Shown: positions 51,014-59,961 of the stretch, piece after piece
How the letters are laid out: each line of letters starts with the position of its first letter
How positions within the stretch are numbered: position 1 is the stretch's first letter
NCBI GenBank assembly: GCA_041689265.1
Contig: JBDNGP010000045.1
Coordinates: 1,029-65,028, forward strand
Direction of reading: 5' to 3'
From: Verrucomicrobiota bacterium
Lineage (GTDB): Bacteria > Verrucomicrobiota > Verrucomicrobiia > Limisphaerales > RI-55
DNA length: 64,000 bases
The notes under the pieces: model-generated
Told to the model about the DNA's origin: nothing
Database searches by the model: none
What the model saw: only the letters and a program-made list of their open reading frames with translations
Program-made: the position numbers and the translations under genes

Positions 51014-52515
51014 ACCCCCTTCAGTTCGATTATTCCGCGATTCTCAAACTGGCACTGCCCGAAACCATCCTCGTGCTTGGTGCGATTCTCGTGCTGTTCA
51101 TCGACCTCACCGTGATGCGGGGTCGTGACGCGGCGGATCGCTCGTCGGTACTCGCACTTGTGAGTGCGATCGTGAGCATCATTGGTATCTTCGTTTTCCA
51201 GTTTCTCCCAAAGACCGGTTCCGTGCTCGACGGAATGCTCGTTCTCTCGCCGACCACCGTGCTGGTGAAGCAATGCATTCTGGTGTTCGCGGCGCTGACC
51301 GCGTTGATCTCCTGGCGGGTCCGGTTCACGGAACACATTGGTGAATACTTCGCGCTGATTCTCTTCGCCACCACCGGCATGCTGTTCCTCAGCAGCGCGC
51401 AACATCTCCTGATGCTCTTCGTCTCGCTGGAGCTGACCAGTCTTTCGCTTTACGTGCTGGTCGCGTTCAACAAGGAAAGCCGCGCGTCGGCGGAAGCCGC
51501 CCTCAAGTATTTCCTGTTCGGTGGTGTGGCCGCTGCGTTCACGTTGTTCGGACTGAGTTTGATCTACGGCATCGCGGGTTCATTGAACTTGGAAACCATC
51601 GCGATGAACCTGAGCGGCAAGGAGCCCGACCTGATTTTCTACGTGGCGGTCGTGATGGCGCTGATCGGATTCGGATTCAAGATCGCTGTCGCGCCGTTTC
51701 ACCTCTGGGCGCCGGACGCGTATCAAGGTGCACCAACGCCGGCTGCTGCGTTCATCGCCACCGGATCCAAGGTCGCGAGTTTCTATATTCTCTTGCAAGT
51801 GCTCTACGTCGGATTTGGTGAATTCGCCGGGGACGCCGGGGGGGGACATTTCGAATCAGGCTGGCAACCGGTGCTCGCGATTTTCGCGACGCTGTCGATG
51901 GTGATTGGTAATCTCGTCGCCCTCGCGCAAACGAGCGTCAAACGGCTGCTCGCGTATTCAGCCATCGCCCACGGCGGTTACGCGCTGGTTGCCGTGATGG
52001 CCAACAGTGTCGATGGCACGGCGGCCGTGGTTTATTATTCGGTTACCTACGGGCTGGCGACGCTCGGTGCGTTTGCGGTGGTCGGAGTCGTCGAGGACCA
52101 ATGCGGAGATGACAGCATGACGTCACTCGCCGGGCTCAAGGAACGTTCGCCGGTGCTCGCGCTGTGTCTGATGGTGTTCATTTTGTCAGCGGCAGGAATT
52201 CCGCCGCTCGCCGGTTTCTTCGGCAAGTTCTACGCCTTCACTGCCGGTGTGAAATCTGGTTCACCGGATCTTGGCCTGATCTGGATCGTGGCGATCGGAC
52301 TGTTGATGAGCGCCGTGTCATTTTACTATTACCTGCAGGTGCTCAAGCAGGCGATGGTTTTGCCAAGTGCGAAAAACGCTCCGGCAATTCATGCAAACCC
52401 GGTGGTGTTGCTGGTGATCGTTCTGGTTGCGATTTCGGTCATTTTGCTGGGTTGTTTCCCGACGTTGCTTTTGCCTGATACCGGGGTTGCCGTCGGAGTG
52501 CTTTCATCGGGTTAA
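51010..52515 (+). CDS. nuoN: NADH-quinone oxidoreductase subunit N
   Basis: EYFALILFATTGMLFLSSAQHLLMLFVSLELTSLSLYVL, AEAALKYFLFGG, PFHLWAPDAYQGAPTP. Confidence 0.9.
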   Translation: MNPLQFDYSAILKLALPETILVLGAILVLFIDLTVMRGRDAADRSSVLALVSAIVSIIGIFVFQFLPKTGSVLDGMLVLSPTTVLVKQCILVFAALTALISWRVRFTEHIGEYFALILFATTGMLFLSSAQHLLMLFVSLELTSLSLYVLVAFNKESRASAEAALKYFLFGGVAAAFTLFGLSLIYGIAGSLNLETIAMNLSGKEPDLIFYVAVVMALIGFGFKIAVAPFHLWAPDAYQGAPTPAAAFIATGSKVASFYILLQVLYVGFGEFAGDAGGGHFESGWQPVLAIFATLSMVIGNLVALAQTSVKRLLAYSAIAHGGYALVAVMANSVDGTAAVVYYSVTYGLATLGAFAVVGVVEDQCGDDSMTSLAGLKERSPVLALCLMVFILSAAGIPPLAGFFGKFYAFTAGVKSGSPDLGLIWIVAIGLLMSAVSFYYYLQVLKQAMVLPSAKNAPAIHANPVVLLVIVLVAISVILLGCFPTLLLPDTGVAVGVLSSG

Positions 52516-52521
52516 AAGTTT

Positions 52522-53124
52522 ATGGAACCGGAAGAACACAGTCAGATACTTCAGATCGAGCGACCTCATCGCAAGTTGAGGACGTATTATTTTCTGACGT
52601 GCCTGTTCACCGGGCCGTTGTTCCCGATCCTGATTCTCCCCGCCTATTTTCGGTATCATACCATGCGCTACAAGATCGGGGCCGAGGGCATTTCGATGCG
52701 TTGGGGATTGCTGTTTCGCAAAGAGATCATTCTGAACTACGCGCGCATCCAGGACATTCATCTCAGTTCGAACATCATTGAGCGTTGGCTCGGGCTGGCC
52801 CGGTTGCAGATTCAAACAGCCAGCGGCAGCAGTGCCGCCGAAATGACGATCGAAGGCGTGCTGGAGTACGAGGCGTTGCGCGATTTTCTTTACTCAAAGA
52901 TGCGCGGGTTGAAGCAGCGGAAAAATGCGCGCGCGGCTTCGAGTGAGAGTTCGACGGCGGGTCAGCCGGTTGCCCTCAGCGCAAATGAAGTGGCGGAGCT
53001 GACTCAAACACTGCGCGAGGCGGCGAATGAATTGCGGCTCCTTCGCGAGCAACTTCCGCGGAAAACCGCGACCGGTTCCACTCCGCAACTTCCACCTGAT
53101 TTGCCAAGGAATCTTGATGCGTAA
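52522..53124 (+). CDS. bacterial PH-domain (bPH_2/DUF304, YdbS-like) membrane protein
   Basis: Two N-terminal TM helices, then RYKIGAEGISMRWGLLFRKEIILNYARIQDIHLSSNIIERWLGLARLQIQTASG. Starts 6 nt after the nuoN stop. Confidence 0.7.
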   Translation: MEPEEHSQILQIERPHRKLRTYYFLTCLFTGPLFPILILPAYFRYHTMRYKIGAEGISMRWGLLFRKEIILNYARIQDIHLSSNIIERWLGLARLQIQTASGSSAAEMTIEGVLEYEALRDFLYSKMRGLKQRKNARAASSESSTAGQPVALSANEVAELTQTLREAANELRLLREQLPRKTATGSTPQLPPDLPRNLDA

Positions 53125-53857
53125 ACTGCTCTTCAAATGGCTGAAGATCCCGGCGGAACCCGAACCGCCGGCGGGGAGCCACGAATCCGTTCAGGTCTTT
53201 CGTGCGGCCAAGAATTTTTATTACGTGCTCCTGGCGAAATGGGCGATCAAGCAGGTGTCCCTCCTGATCGGCATCGTTTTTTCCCTCTACATGTTGGGGC
53301 AATGGTCGAAGCAATTGAATGAGAATTTGGTGCTGGTGATCAGCGTTTTTGAATGGATCGGTGTCGCCGGTTATTTGTTGCAGATTCCGTTGTCGCTCGC
53401 GCTGGTGAAGCTCGACTACGAATTGCGCTGGTACATCGTGACCGACCGCAGTCTCCGCATCCGGGCGGGCATCTGGGACATCCGTGAAATGACGATGACC
53501 TGCGCCAACATTCAACAAGCCAGCGTGAGCCAGGGCCCGCTGCAACGAATGCTCGGCATCTCAGATCTTCTTGTGCGAACGGCCGGCGGAGGGTCCGGTG
53601 GCGAGGCTCAGAATCAACATCAGAAAGGCGCCGCCGAGTTGATGCACGTCGCGTATTTTCATGGCGTCAACAATGCCGAGGAAATCAAAGAACTCATCCA
53701 GGAACGGATGAAACAATTCATCGACACGGGTTTGGGCGATCCGGATGAAGAGGATGAAACGGTCGTTCAAGAAACGACGGCGTCGGGTCCGTCGGAAATC
53801 CTGCTGGCGGCGCGGGAGCTTGCCACCGAGGCGAGAGGGCTGCGAGAAAGCATTTAA
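53117..53857 (+). CDS. bacterial PH-domain (YdbT-like) membrane protein
   Basis: RWYIVTDRSLRIRAGIWDIREMTMTCANIQQASVSQGPLQRMLGISDLLVRTAGGG. Overlaps the upstream gene by 8 nt. The start was moved from 53027 to the Met at 53117. Confidence 0.7.
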   Translation: MRKLLFKWLKIPAEPEPPAGSHESVQVFRAAKNFYYVLLAKWAIKQVSLLIGIVFSLYMLGQWSKQLNENLVLVISVFEWIGVAGYLLQIPLSLALVKLDYELRWYIVTDRSLRIRAGIWDIREMTMTCANIQQASVSQGPLQRMLGISDLLVRTAGGGSGGEAQNQHQKGAAELMHVAYFHGVNNAEEIKELIQERMKQFIDTGLGDPDEEDETVVQETTASGPSEILLAARELATEARGLRESI

Positions 53858-53913
53858 TGGCGTAATTCATCACATGATGAATGCCAGTATTGAAGTCCCA
53901 TCGGGACGACCGG

Positions 53914-54105
53914 AAATAGCCCAGCGTTTCAACGCTGGGTTTGATGCGATCAAAATGGTCCGAGCCCCGGAAGGGGGAAAGAAAGAACGTTCGGTTGAAC
54001 CAGGAAAATTGGTCGGTCGGATGTGGTTGGGATGTTTCTTTCGTCCCGAACGAGACTGGTTTCTATTCCGGCGCGGGAAGCCAGCGTTGAAACGCTGGGC
54101 TATTT
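53914..54105. repeat. pair of inverted 25-bp hairpin-forming elements (REP-like) between convergent genes
   Basis: aaatagcccagcgtttcaacgctgg (53914-53938) and its exact reverse complement ccagcgttgaaacgctgggctattt (54081-54105). Each contains a 9-bp self-complementary stem cccagcgtt/aacgctggg. Confidence 0.8.
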
Positions 54106-54139
54106 TCTTCGCCCTAAAGGCTGCGGATTTGTTGCTCGC

Positions 54140-55213
54140 TCACGTGATCAACATCCCGTCCCCGTAGCTGAAGAAGCGGTAACGTTTTTCAATCGCCTCG
54201 GCGTAGAGCGATTTCGCGATGTCGATTCCCTCAAGTTTTCCCGGTGAAAGGAACGCGCTTACCAGCATCAGGAGCGTGGATTTTGGAAGATGAAAATTGG
54301 TGGTCAGAGCATCCACAATTCGCGGGGAATACGGGGGGTAAATGAAAATATTGGAACGATCTGTTCCCGCGACCAGGTCGCCGCCGTTTCGCTGGGCGAC
54401 CGTTTCCAGCACACGCATAGACGTGGTTCCCACGGCGATCACGCGTCGCCCGCCAGTCTTCGCCACGTTGATGGCCGCCACGGTTTCCTGGCTCAACGTG
54501 AACTGCTCCGAGTGCATCTTGTGGTCGGTGATCTCCTCCGTCTTGACCGGTGAGAACGTTCCGAGACCCACCTGCAATGTGACGAAGCACGTCTCCACTC
54601 CGGCCGCACGAATGGCATTCAACAGTTCGTCAGAATAATGTAGTCCGGCGGTCGGAGCGGCCACTGATCCGGGCTCGCGCGCAAACACCGTTTGGTAACG
54701 GGTCAGATCGAGCATGGCCCGGTCGGCATCCGGATGAATGTAGGGCGGGAGCGGCATCTCGCCCAGTTCATCGGCGCGTTCGAGAATGTTCACGCCGTCG
54801 TTAAACCGGATTCGTCCGTGGCCTTCCCCGTTCTTTTCAAGGATCGTGACGGTGACGTCGCCAGGTTCAGAATGATGGTTCAGCAGTTTGACGGTCGAAC
54901 CCGGCCGCAGACGCTTTCCCGGTTTCAGCATCGACCACCATTCTCCGTTGTCCGCCGGTTCCAGGAGCAGCAATTCCACCTTGCCGCCGGTGCCTTCTTT
55001 GATCCCGTGGAAGCGCGCGGGAATCACTTTCGTATCGTTGAAGACGAGAAGATCTCCGGCACGCAGGAACTGAAGAATGTTGGAAAACGTCGTGTGCGCG
55101 CGCGCGCCGGTAGCCCGATCATAGTGGAAAAGCCGTGATTCTTCGCGTCGTTCAGTCGGGCGTTGCGCGATCAGTTCTTCGGGCAGGGCATAGTTGAATC
55201 GTTCGGTTTCCAT
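54140..55213 (-). CDS. queA: S-adenosylmethionine:tRNA ribosyltransferase-isomerase
   Basis: METERFNYALPEELIAQRP, LVFNDTKVIPAR, MPLPPYI, YQTVFA, SVAAPTAGLHYS, AVGTTSMRVLE. The start was set at the Met at 55213; the 112-aa upstream extension is Arg-rich junk. Confidence 0.92.
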   Translation of the reverse strand: METERFNYALPEELIAQRPTERREESRLFHYDRATGARAHTTFSNILQFLRAGDLLVFNDTKVIPARFHGIKEGTGGKVELLLLEPADNGEWWSMLKPGKRLRPGSTVKLLNHHSEPGDVTVTILEKNGEGHGRIRFNDGVNILERADELGEMPLPPYIHPDADRAMLDLTRYQTVFAREPGSVAAPTAGLHYSDELLNAIRAAGVETCFVTLQVGLGTFSPVKTEEITDHKMHSEQFTLSQETVAAINVAKTGGRRVIAVGTTSMRVLETVAQRNGGDLVAGTDRSNIFIYPPYSPRIVDALTTNFHLPKSTLLMLVSAFLSPGKLEGIDIAKSLYAEAIEKRYRFFSYGDGMLIT

Positions 55214-55281
55214 TGTTGGTCGGAGGATCGTGGCGTTGATTGAGATTTCCGACAAGCCGTTTGGCGGCGGAGGTCTAACGG

Positions 55282-56253
55282 CTACCGGTTCAACCAAGCT
55301 TCTAGCCAACCTGATTGCGTTAGAAGAACGACGCCGATGACGGCGACAATTCCTCCGATCAACGAACGCAGCGGCGGTTTTTCGCCCTCCATGTAGGTCG
55401 AGAACGGAACGACCACGAGCGGCGTCAAGGCGACGATCGGCAGCACGATTCCAGACTCGGTTGATTGAAGCGCCCACTGAAGGCAGGCGACCCCGAGGGT
55501 CGGACCCATCAATGCGTTTACGACGATCCACGGTCCCGCCTTTCTCCACTGATTGCGGGTGATGACCGGCATGGGCTTGTTCGTGAGCCGGCCGAAATGT
55601 GCGAAGACCGCCCTGCGTTTCACGAACAGCACGCTGATTCCCGCGATGACCAGGCCGGCGAGGATTCGCTGAAATGTCGCCGTCAACCCGCCGGTGAATC
55701 CGTCGAGGTTGATTCCTGAAGTGTCCGCAGTCGCTTCGGCGACGGAGTAGGCCTTGCGGCTAATCACGGCCCCGCCGCCCTGGCCAAGAGCCGCGACAAT
55801 CGCGAGGACGATACCGCCGAACCAGTGGCGGTGGATGGGCTGCGCCTGTTTGCCCGGCGCGAGGGCCAGAACGATGCCCGCGAGAATCGTCGCGCAACAG
55901 ATGATCTCGATGACCGAGACGGCGTTGCCCAGCCACAGCCACTCCGCTGTCATCGCGATTGGCGCGGCGAGGCAGTGGACGATCAGGACCGTCAGCCGGG
56001 AGCCGAGTTTCGGGTAGGCCTGAAAGAGCGCGACATCGCCGAGGCCGAAACCGACCAGACCACTCAACACGAACCAAGGGAGAAAGGGGCCCTCCAGTCC
56101 GATTCCCCAGACGTAGGCGAAAATGCCGAGCAGGAAGGTCGCGATTGCAAGACGCCAGAAGTTGGCCTCGTTGCCGCCCATGTAACGCACCGAGCGATTC
56201 GCCGTCACGGCGGACAGCGAGAAGAAAACCGTGGTGAGCAGTGCGGCGAACAT
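55282..56253 (-). CDS. EamA/DMT-superfamily transporter
   Basis: 323 aa, about 10 TM helices in two EamA-like halves. Confidence 0.7.
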   Translation of the reverse strand: MFAALLTTVFFSLSAVTANRSVRYMGGNEANFWRLAIATFLLGIFAYVWGIGLEGPFLPWFVLSGLVGFGLGDVALFQAYPKLGSRLTVLIVHCLAAPIAMTAEWLWLGNAVSVIEIICCATILAGIVLALAPGKQAQPIHRHWFGGIVLAIVAALGQGGGAVISRKAYSVAEATADTSGINLDGFTGGLTATFQRILAGLVIAGISVLFVKRRAVFAHFGRLTNKPMPVITRNQWRKAGPWIVVNALMGPTLGVACLQWALQSTESGIVLPIVALTPLVVVPFSTYMEGEKPPLRSLIGGIVAVIGVVLLTQSGWLEAWLNR

Positions 56254-56316
56254 GGAGCGCGTGGATGGACCGTCGGCAGTGGTGCGAGTCCCGGTGGGGC
56301 AGGGCGGGGCGCCCGT

Positions 56317-57177
56317 CTATTTCAGCTGCCCGGAATCCAGCAGTTGAAGATGAACCCGGGCCACCTCCCACATGTATTCGTTCTTCAAATTGAGATCGAC
56401 CGCTCGTTGAAGATGTTTTCGGCAGAGCTCCCGTTCGCCCTGAACGTCGTAGAGCAGCGCGATGTAGAGATGCGCGTAGAGTTGTTGCAGGAGGATCAGC
56501 CGCTTCTCGGATTTCGGGTCCTCGGCCGCCTGCAACACCTTCTCGGGGGTGGTCGTGCCGGCGTAGAGATCGAGCAGCTGCGACATCGGAATCCGCGCAT
56601 CGCCCGAGACAGGGATCATTGTCTTGCGCGCCTCATCGACATTCTTCAGGCGGGCGACACAGAGAAAATGCCAGAGCGTGTTTTCGACGTCGCGGGGATT
56701 TACCGTGCGGTGCAGCTCGAACTGTTTCCGTCCGTCGTCATATTTCCCGTCGTAATAAAGTGCGATCCCGCGCTGCCAGTATTGAGCGGCACGATCCGGT
56801 TGGGAGTCCGCCAAAACGTTGTAGTCCACGACACTTTCGGGGATGCGGCCGAGCAGGAAATACTGTGTGCCGCGGTGATAGCGCGCTTCGGGCGCGAACG
56901 GCGCCATCTCGATCATGCGGGAGTAATCCTCGACCGCCAGTTCGGATTTTCCCTCGAGTTCATAACATCGTGCACGCAGGAAATAGCAGTTTGGATTCTC
57001 CGGATCCTCGGCGATCATCAGCGTCGCGATCTTGATGGCCTCATCGCGGTTGCCCGCCACAAAGGCCTGTTTCGCCTGTTGCAGCAGCAGCTTGGTTTCA
57101 ATTTTTTCATCCGCTGAAAAAACGGAGGTCAAACTGGTCATCAGGACCACGGCGATGGCGATTCGGATCGAGCGCAT
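56317..57177 (-). CDS. secreted TPR-repeat protein
   Basis: Signal peptide MRSIRIAIAVVLMTSLTSVFSA, then TPR units (AIKIATLMIAEDPENPNCYFLRARCYELEGKSELAVEDYSRMIEMAP...). The start was set at 57177. Confidence 0.7.
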   Translation of the reverse strand: MRSIRIAIAVVLMTSLTSVFSADEKIETKLLLQQAKQAFVAGNRDEAIKIATLMIAEDPENPNCYFLRARCYELEGKSELAVEDYSRMIEMAPFAPEARYHRGTQYFLLGRIPESVVDYNVLADSQPDRAAQYWQRGIALYYDGKYDDGRKQFELHRTVNPRDVENTLWHFLCVARLKNVDEARKTMIPVSGDARIPMSQLLDLYAGTTTPEKVLQAAEDPKSEKRLILLQQLYAHLYIALLYDVQGERELCRKHLQRAVDLNLKNEYMWEVARVHLQLLDSGQLK

Positions 57178-57404
57178 GACTGGAGGGTATCGCACCAAAC
57201 GGGAAACGTCGCCAGCGGAATAGTGCGGAAGCGGCCACTGTGCGCATCTTGGCACCGCCCCAGAGCTCCCGTCCACCACGGCGGAGCCGGGACAAGGTGA
57301 TATGGGCATCCTCCCCACTTCCCCTTTGGCGATGTCGTGCCCGCCACGTTTCCGGTAGGTCGGCAGGTCGGCCACAAGTCTGAAATTACTTGGCAGCGCG
57401 GATG

Positions 57405-57881
57405 TCAGGATTGGTTCTTCCGATGCTGGGTCAGGAATTCCTGGAGAAAAGTGAAGACCAGCGACGCGCTACAGCCGACGAGCAGCAACCCGGTGAGCGC
57501 CTCGACCTGTGCCAGAATTTGCATCTCACCGAACGGCGTCACATCGCCATAGCCCACAGTCGTGTAGGTCGCGAAGGAAAAATAGACGACCTCTTTGAAC
57601 GGCTCGATCATTGCAGTCGACCCGGCGTCCTGAATCGCCGTGATCCGGGAACCTTCGAGTCCGCCAAAATGCCCCCATTTCATGAGACCGTAAAACACCC
57701 CGGCAAACATCATGATTTCCATGATGTGAGTGACGAGGAGCATGAAGACGATGAACCCGAGTTTCACGCTGGGTCGGCGGCTCCAGCTGACCGTGTGACT
57801 TCGCAACCACACGAGCACCTGCACATGGATGCCCACGCAGCACAGCATCAGCAGCAGGGTGATGAACAGAATGCCTAGCAT
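57405..57881 (-). CDS. minimal two-TM-type potassium channel (Ion_trans_2, no RCK or ligand domain)
   Basis: 158 aa with selectivity filter TTVGYGD in FSFATYTTVGYGDVTP. Confidence 0.8.
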   Translation of the reverse strand: MLGILFITLLLMLCCVGIHVQVLVWLRSHTVSWSRRPSVKLGFIVFMLLVTHIMEIMMFAGVFYGLMKWGHFGGLEGSRITAIQDAGSTAMIEPFKEVVYFSFATYTTVGYGDVTPFGEMQILAQVEALTGLLLVGCSASLVFTFLQEFLTQHRKNQS

Positions 57882-57973
57882 TTTTCAAATGTTCCCGTGC
57901 GGCCCCGGTTCAACCCGCATGATGGAACGGCCTGAACGTTTGTTCGGCCTCGAGTTTTGGGGGCGGGAAATCG

Positions 57974-58774
57974 TTACTGTGCGAGCGGCATCCAACGCTT
58001 GATGGTGGCGTTCATCGAATCGTCTTTCTGCGTTTTGGCGATGAACTCGTTCACCTTCGTCAACAGCTCGGTATCCTGGGGCCGCACGGCCCAACCAAGA
58101 TAATCCTCATGCAGCATCCGGGGGATGACTGTGAGGCTGGCGGTTTGGTTTAACGCGGCCTGATACAACACGATTTGGGCGTCTGAGATGACCGAGTCGA
58201 TTCGTTTGTTGGCAAGGTCTTTGACCGCGTCATCAATCGAGCGATAAGTCTTCTTCTTTGAATGGGCGAACATCTCTTCGACGACGTATTCTCCGACCGT
58301 TCCACGTTGCACGCCGACGGTGCCCGGGAGAGGTTGAGGGAACCCCAGTGCGTATCGATAGAGGTCCTTGCGGTGCACAAGCATCATCTGCCCCACATGC
58401 ATGTAGGGGTTAGAAAATGCCGCCAGCATCCGGCGCTGGGGCGTGATGCTCATGGACGACATGACGATGTCCGTCCTGCCGTTTTGAAGCGCGGTGAGCT
58501 GGTCCGCCCACTTGACTTGCACAAATTCAACCGGGCGCTCCAGATACTTGCCGAATTCCCGGGCCATCTCAATTTCGAATCCGGTCAACTTCCCTGCCTG
58601 TTTAAAAACCATCGGCGCCATGTCGGGCGTGACTCCAACCTTGAGCACGTTGCCCGGCGAGTCCGTCGGTGGAGTGTAGCTGCTCGTGCCGCTGTCTGTA
58701 CCGGACTGGCAACCGCTCAAGAGCCCAAGACATCCCAGCAGGACTGGAAGGGATAACGTGCGAAGAGATTTCAT
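57974..58774 (-). CDS. family-3 solute-binding lipoprotein (amino-acid-type SBP)
   Basis: Lipobox LLSGC. LKVGVTPDMAPMVFKQAGKLTGFEIEMAREFGKYL, DIVMSSMSITPQRR. The start was set at the Met at 58774. Confidence 0.8.
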   Translation of the reverse strand: MKSLRTLSLPVLLGCLGLLSGCQSGTDSGTSSYTPPTDSPGNVLKVGVTPDMAPMVFKQAGKLTGFEIEMAREFGKYLERPVEFVQVKWADQLTALQNGRTDIVMSSMSITPQRRMLAAFSNPYMHVGQMMLVHRKDLYRYALGFPQPLPGTVGVQRGTVGEYVVEEMFAHSKKKTYRSIDDAVKDLANKRIDSVISDAQIVLYQAALNQTASLTVIPRMLHEDYLGWAVRPQDTELLTKVNEFIAKTQKDDSMNATIKRWMPLAQ

Positions 58775-58889
58775 GGGCGGACTATGTACTCGGAATTCTC
58801 CGACAGGCCAAGCAGCATTTCTTGGTTGAGGCGCGGGATTGTTACAGTTTTGAAGGTGGCCGGAAAGAGCTCCCATTCAGTTTTCAAGT

Positions 58890-59843
58890 TCAGTTGCGGA
58901 CGCTTCGATACCAATCCACAAACTTGGGGATTCCCTGTTCGATCTTGGTCGTGGGTCGGTAATCCAGTTGCGCCCGCGCCTTCGTCACATCGGCGAACGT
59001 GATCGGGACATCACCGGGTTGCAGCGGCTGCCGGTCGATGACCGCCTTCTTGCCGAGGGCGGTTTCCAGCAGCGTGATCAGCTGCGACAGAGTGACCGTC
59101 TGGGATTCCCCGAGGTTGAACACGTCATATCCCAACGACCGCTCCGTGCATGCAACCACACCGTCCACGATGTCATCGATGTAGGTGTAGTCCCGGGCGG
59201 TTGAACCATCGCCGAAAACGGGGATTGGTTTTCCGGAATCGATCAGCCGGGCAAATTTGTGAATCGCGAGATCGGGACGTTGACGTGGGCCATAGACCGT
59301 GAAGAACCGCAGCATCGTGATGTCCATGCCATACACGTGATGGTAGGTATGACCGAGCGCTTCGCAGGCGAGTTTGCTGGCGGCGTATGGGGAAATCGTC
59401 TGGAAAACCGGATCGCCTTCCGCGAAGGGTACTTTTGAATTCACGCCGTAAACGGACGACGACGACGCCATTACCAACTTGTTGACACCATGTTTTCGGG
59501 CGGCCTCCAGAATATTCACCGTGCCCTCGACGTTCACGCGTTGATAAAGCGCGGGCTCCGACAGGCTCGGACGGACACCAGCCCGGGCCGCAAGGTGAAT
59601 GACCTGATCAAACTTTGAACGAGCAAACAGATCTTCCACACCAGCCCCGTCCGTGATGTCACCCTCGACAAATTCAAGCGAACCGCCGACCGCGCGGATT
59701 TCCTCGATGTTCCGGAGCTTGATATCGCGCGCGTAAAACTCGTTTAGATCATCGATCACCGTGACGGCGTGCCCAGAACGCAGCAAACGTTCGCCCACGT
59801 GTGACCCAATAAACCCGGCACCGCCGGTCACCAGAAAATGCAT
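58890..59843 (-). CDS. NAD-dependent epimerase/dehydratase (UDP-glucuronate 4-epimerase-like SDR)
   Basis: MHFLVTGGAGFIGSH, SSSSVYG, YAASKLACE (YxxxK), RFFTVYGPRQRPD. Confidence 0.85.
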   Translation of the reverse strand: MHFLVTGGAGFIGSHVGERLLRSGHAVTVIDDLNEFYARDIKLRNIEEIRAVGGSLEFVEGDITDGAGVEDLFARSKFDQVIHLAARAGVRPSLSEPALYQRVNVEGTVNILEAARKHGVNKLVMASSSSVYGVNSKVPFAEGDPVFQTISPYAASKLACEALGHTYHHVYGMDITMLRFFTVYGPRQRPDLAIHKFARLIDSGKPIPVFGDGSTARDYTYIDDIVDGVVACTERSLGYDVFNLGESQTVTLSQLITLLETALGKKAVIDRQPLQPGDVPITFADVTKARAQLDYRPTTKIEQGIPKFVDWYRSVRN

Positions 59844-59961
59844 GGCGCGAGAGTAGGGAGAACCCCCACGCGTGAAAACCACATTTATCGCGCGGCGGTA
59901 ATTTGGATGGAATTTGAGTAAACAAACGCGGGGCAGCGTTCACTGGAATTCCTTTTTGCCA

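Noticed and set aside
55214-55549. N-terminal extensions of ORF-track models (queA 55214-55549; also 57178-57375, 58775-58876, 60050-60160, 41834-41956, 45831-45890, 35273-35347, 53027-53116, 33205-33237, 11385-11540)
   Set aside because: The extensions are Arg-rich or overlap upstream genes, terminators or repeats. The internal Met restores a canonical N-terminus (signal peptide, lipobox or conserved family start) in each case.
55825-57117. 430-aa plus-strand ORF
   Set aside because: It is antisense to the EamA transporter and the TPR protein, and its composition is Arg/Gly/Glu-rich junk.
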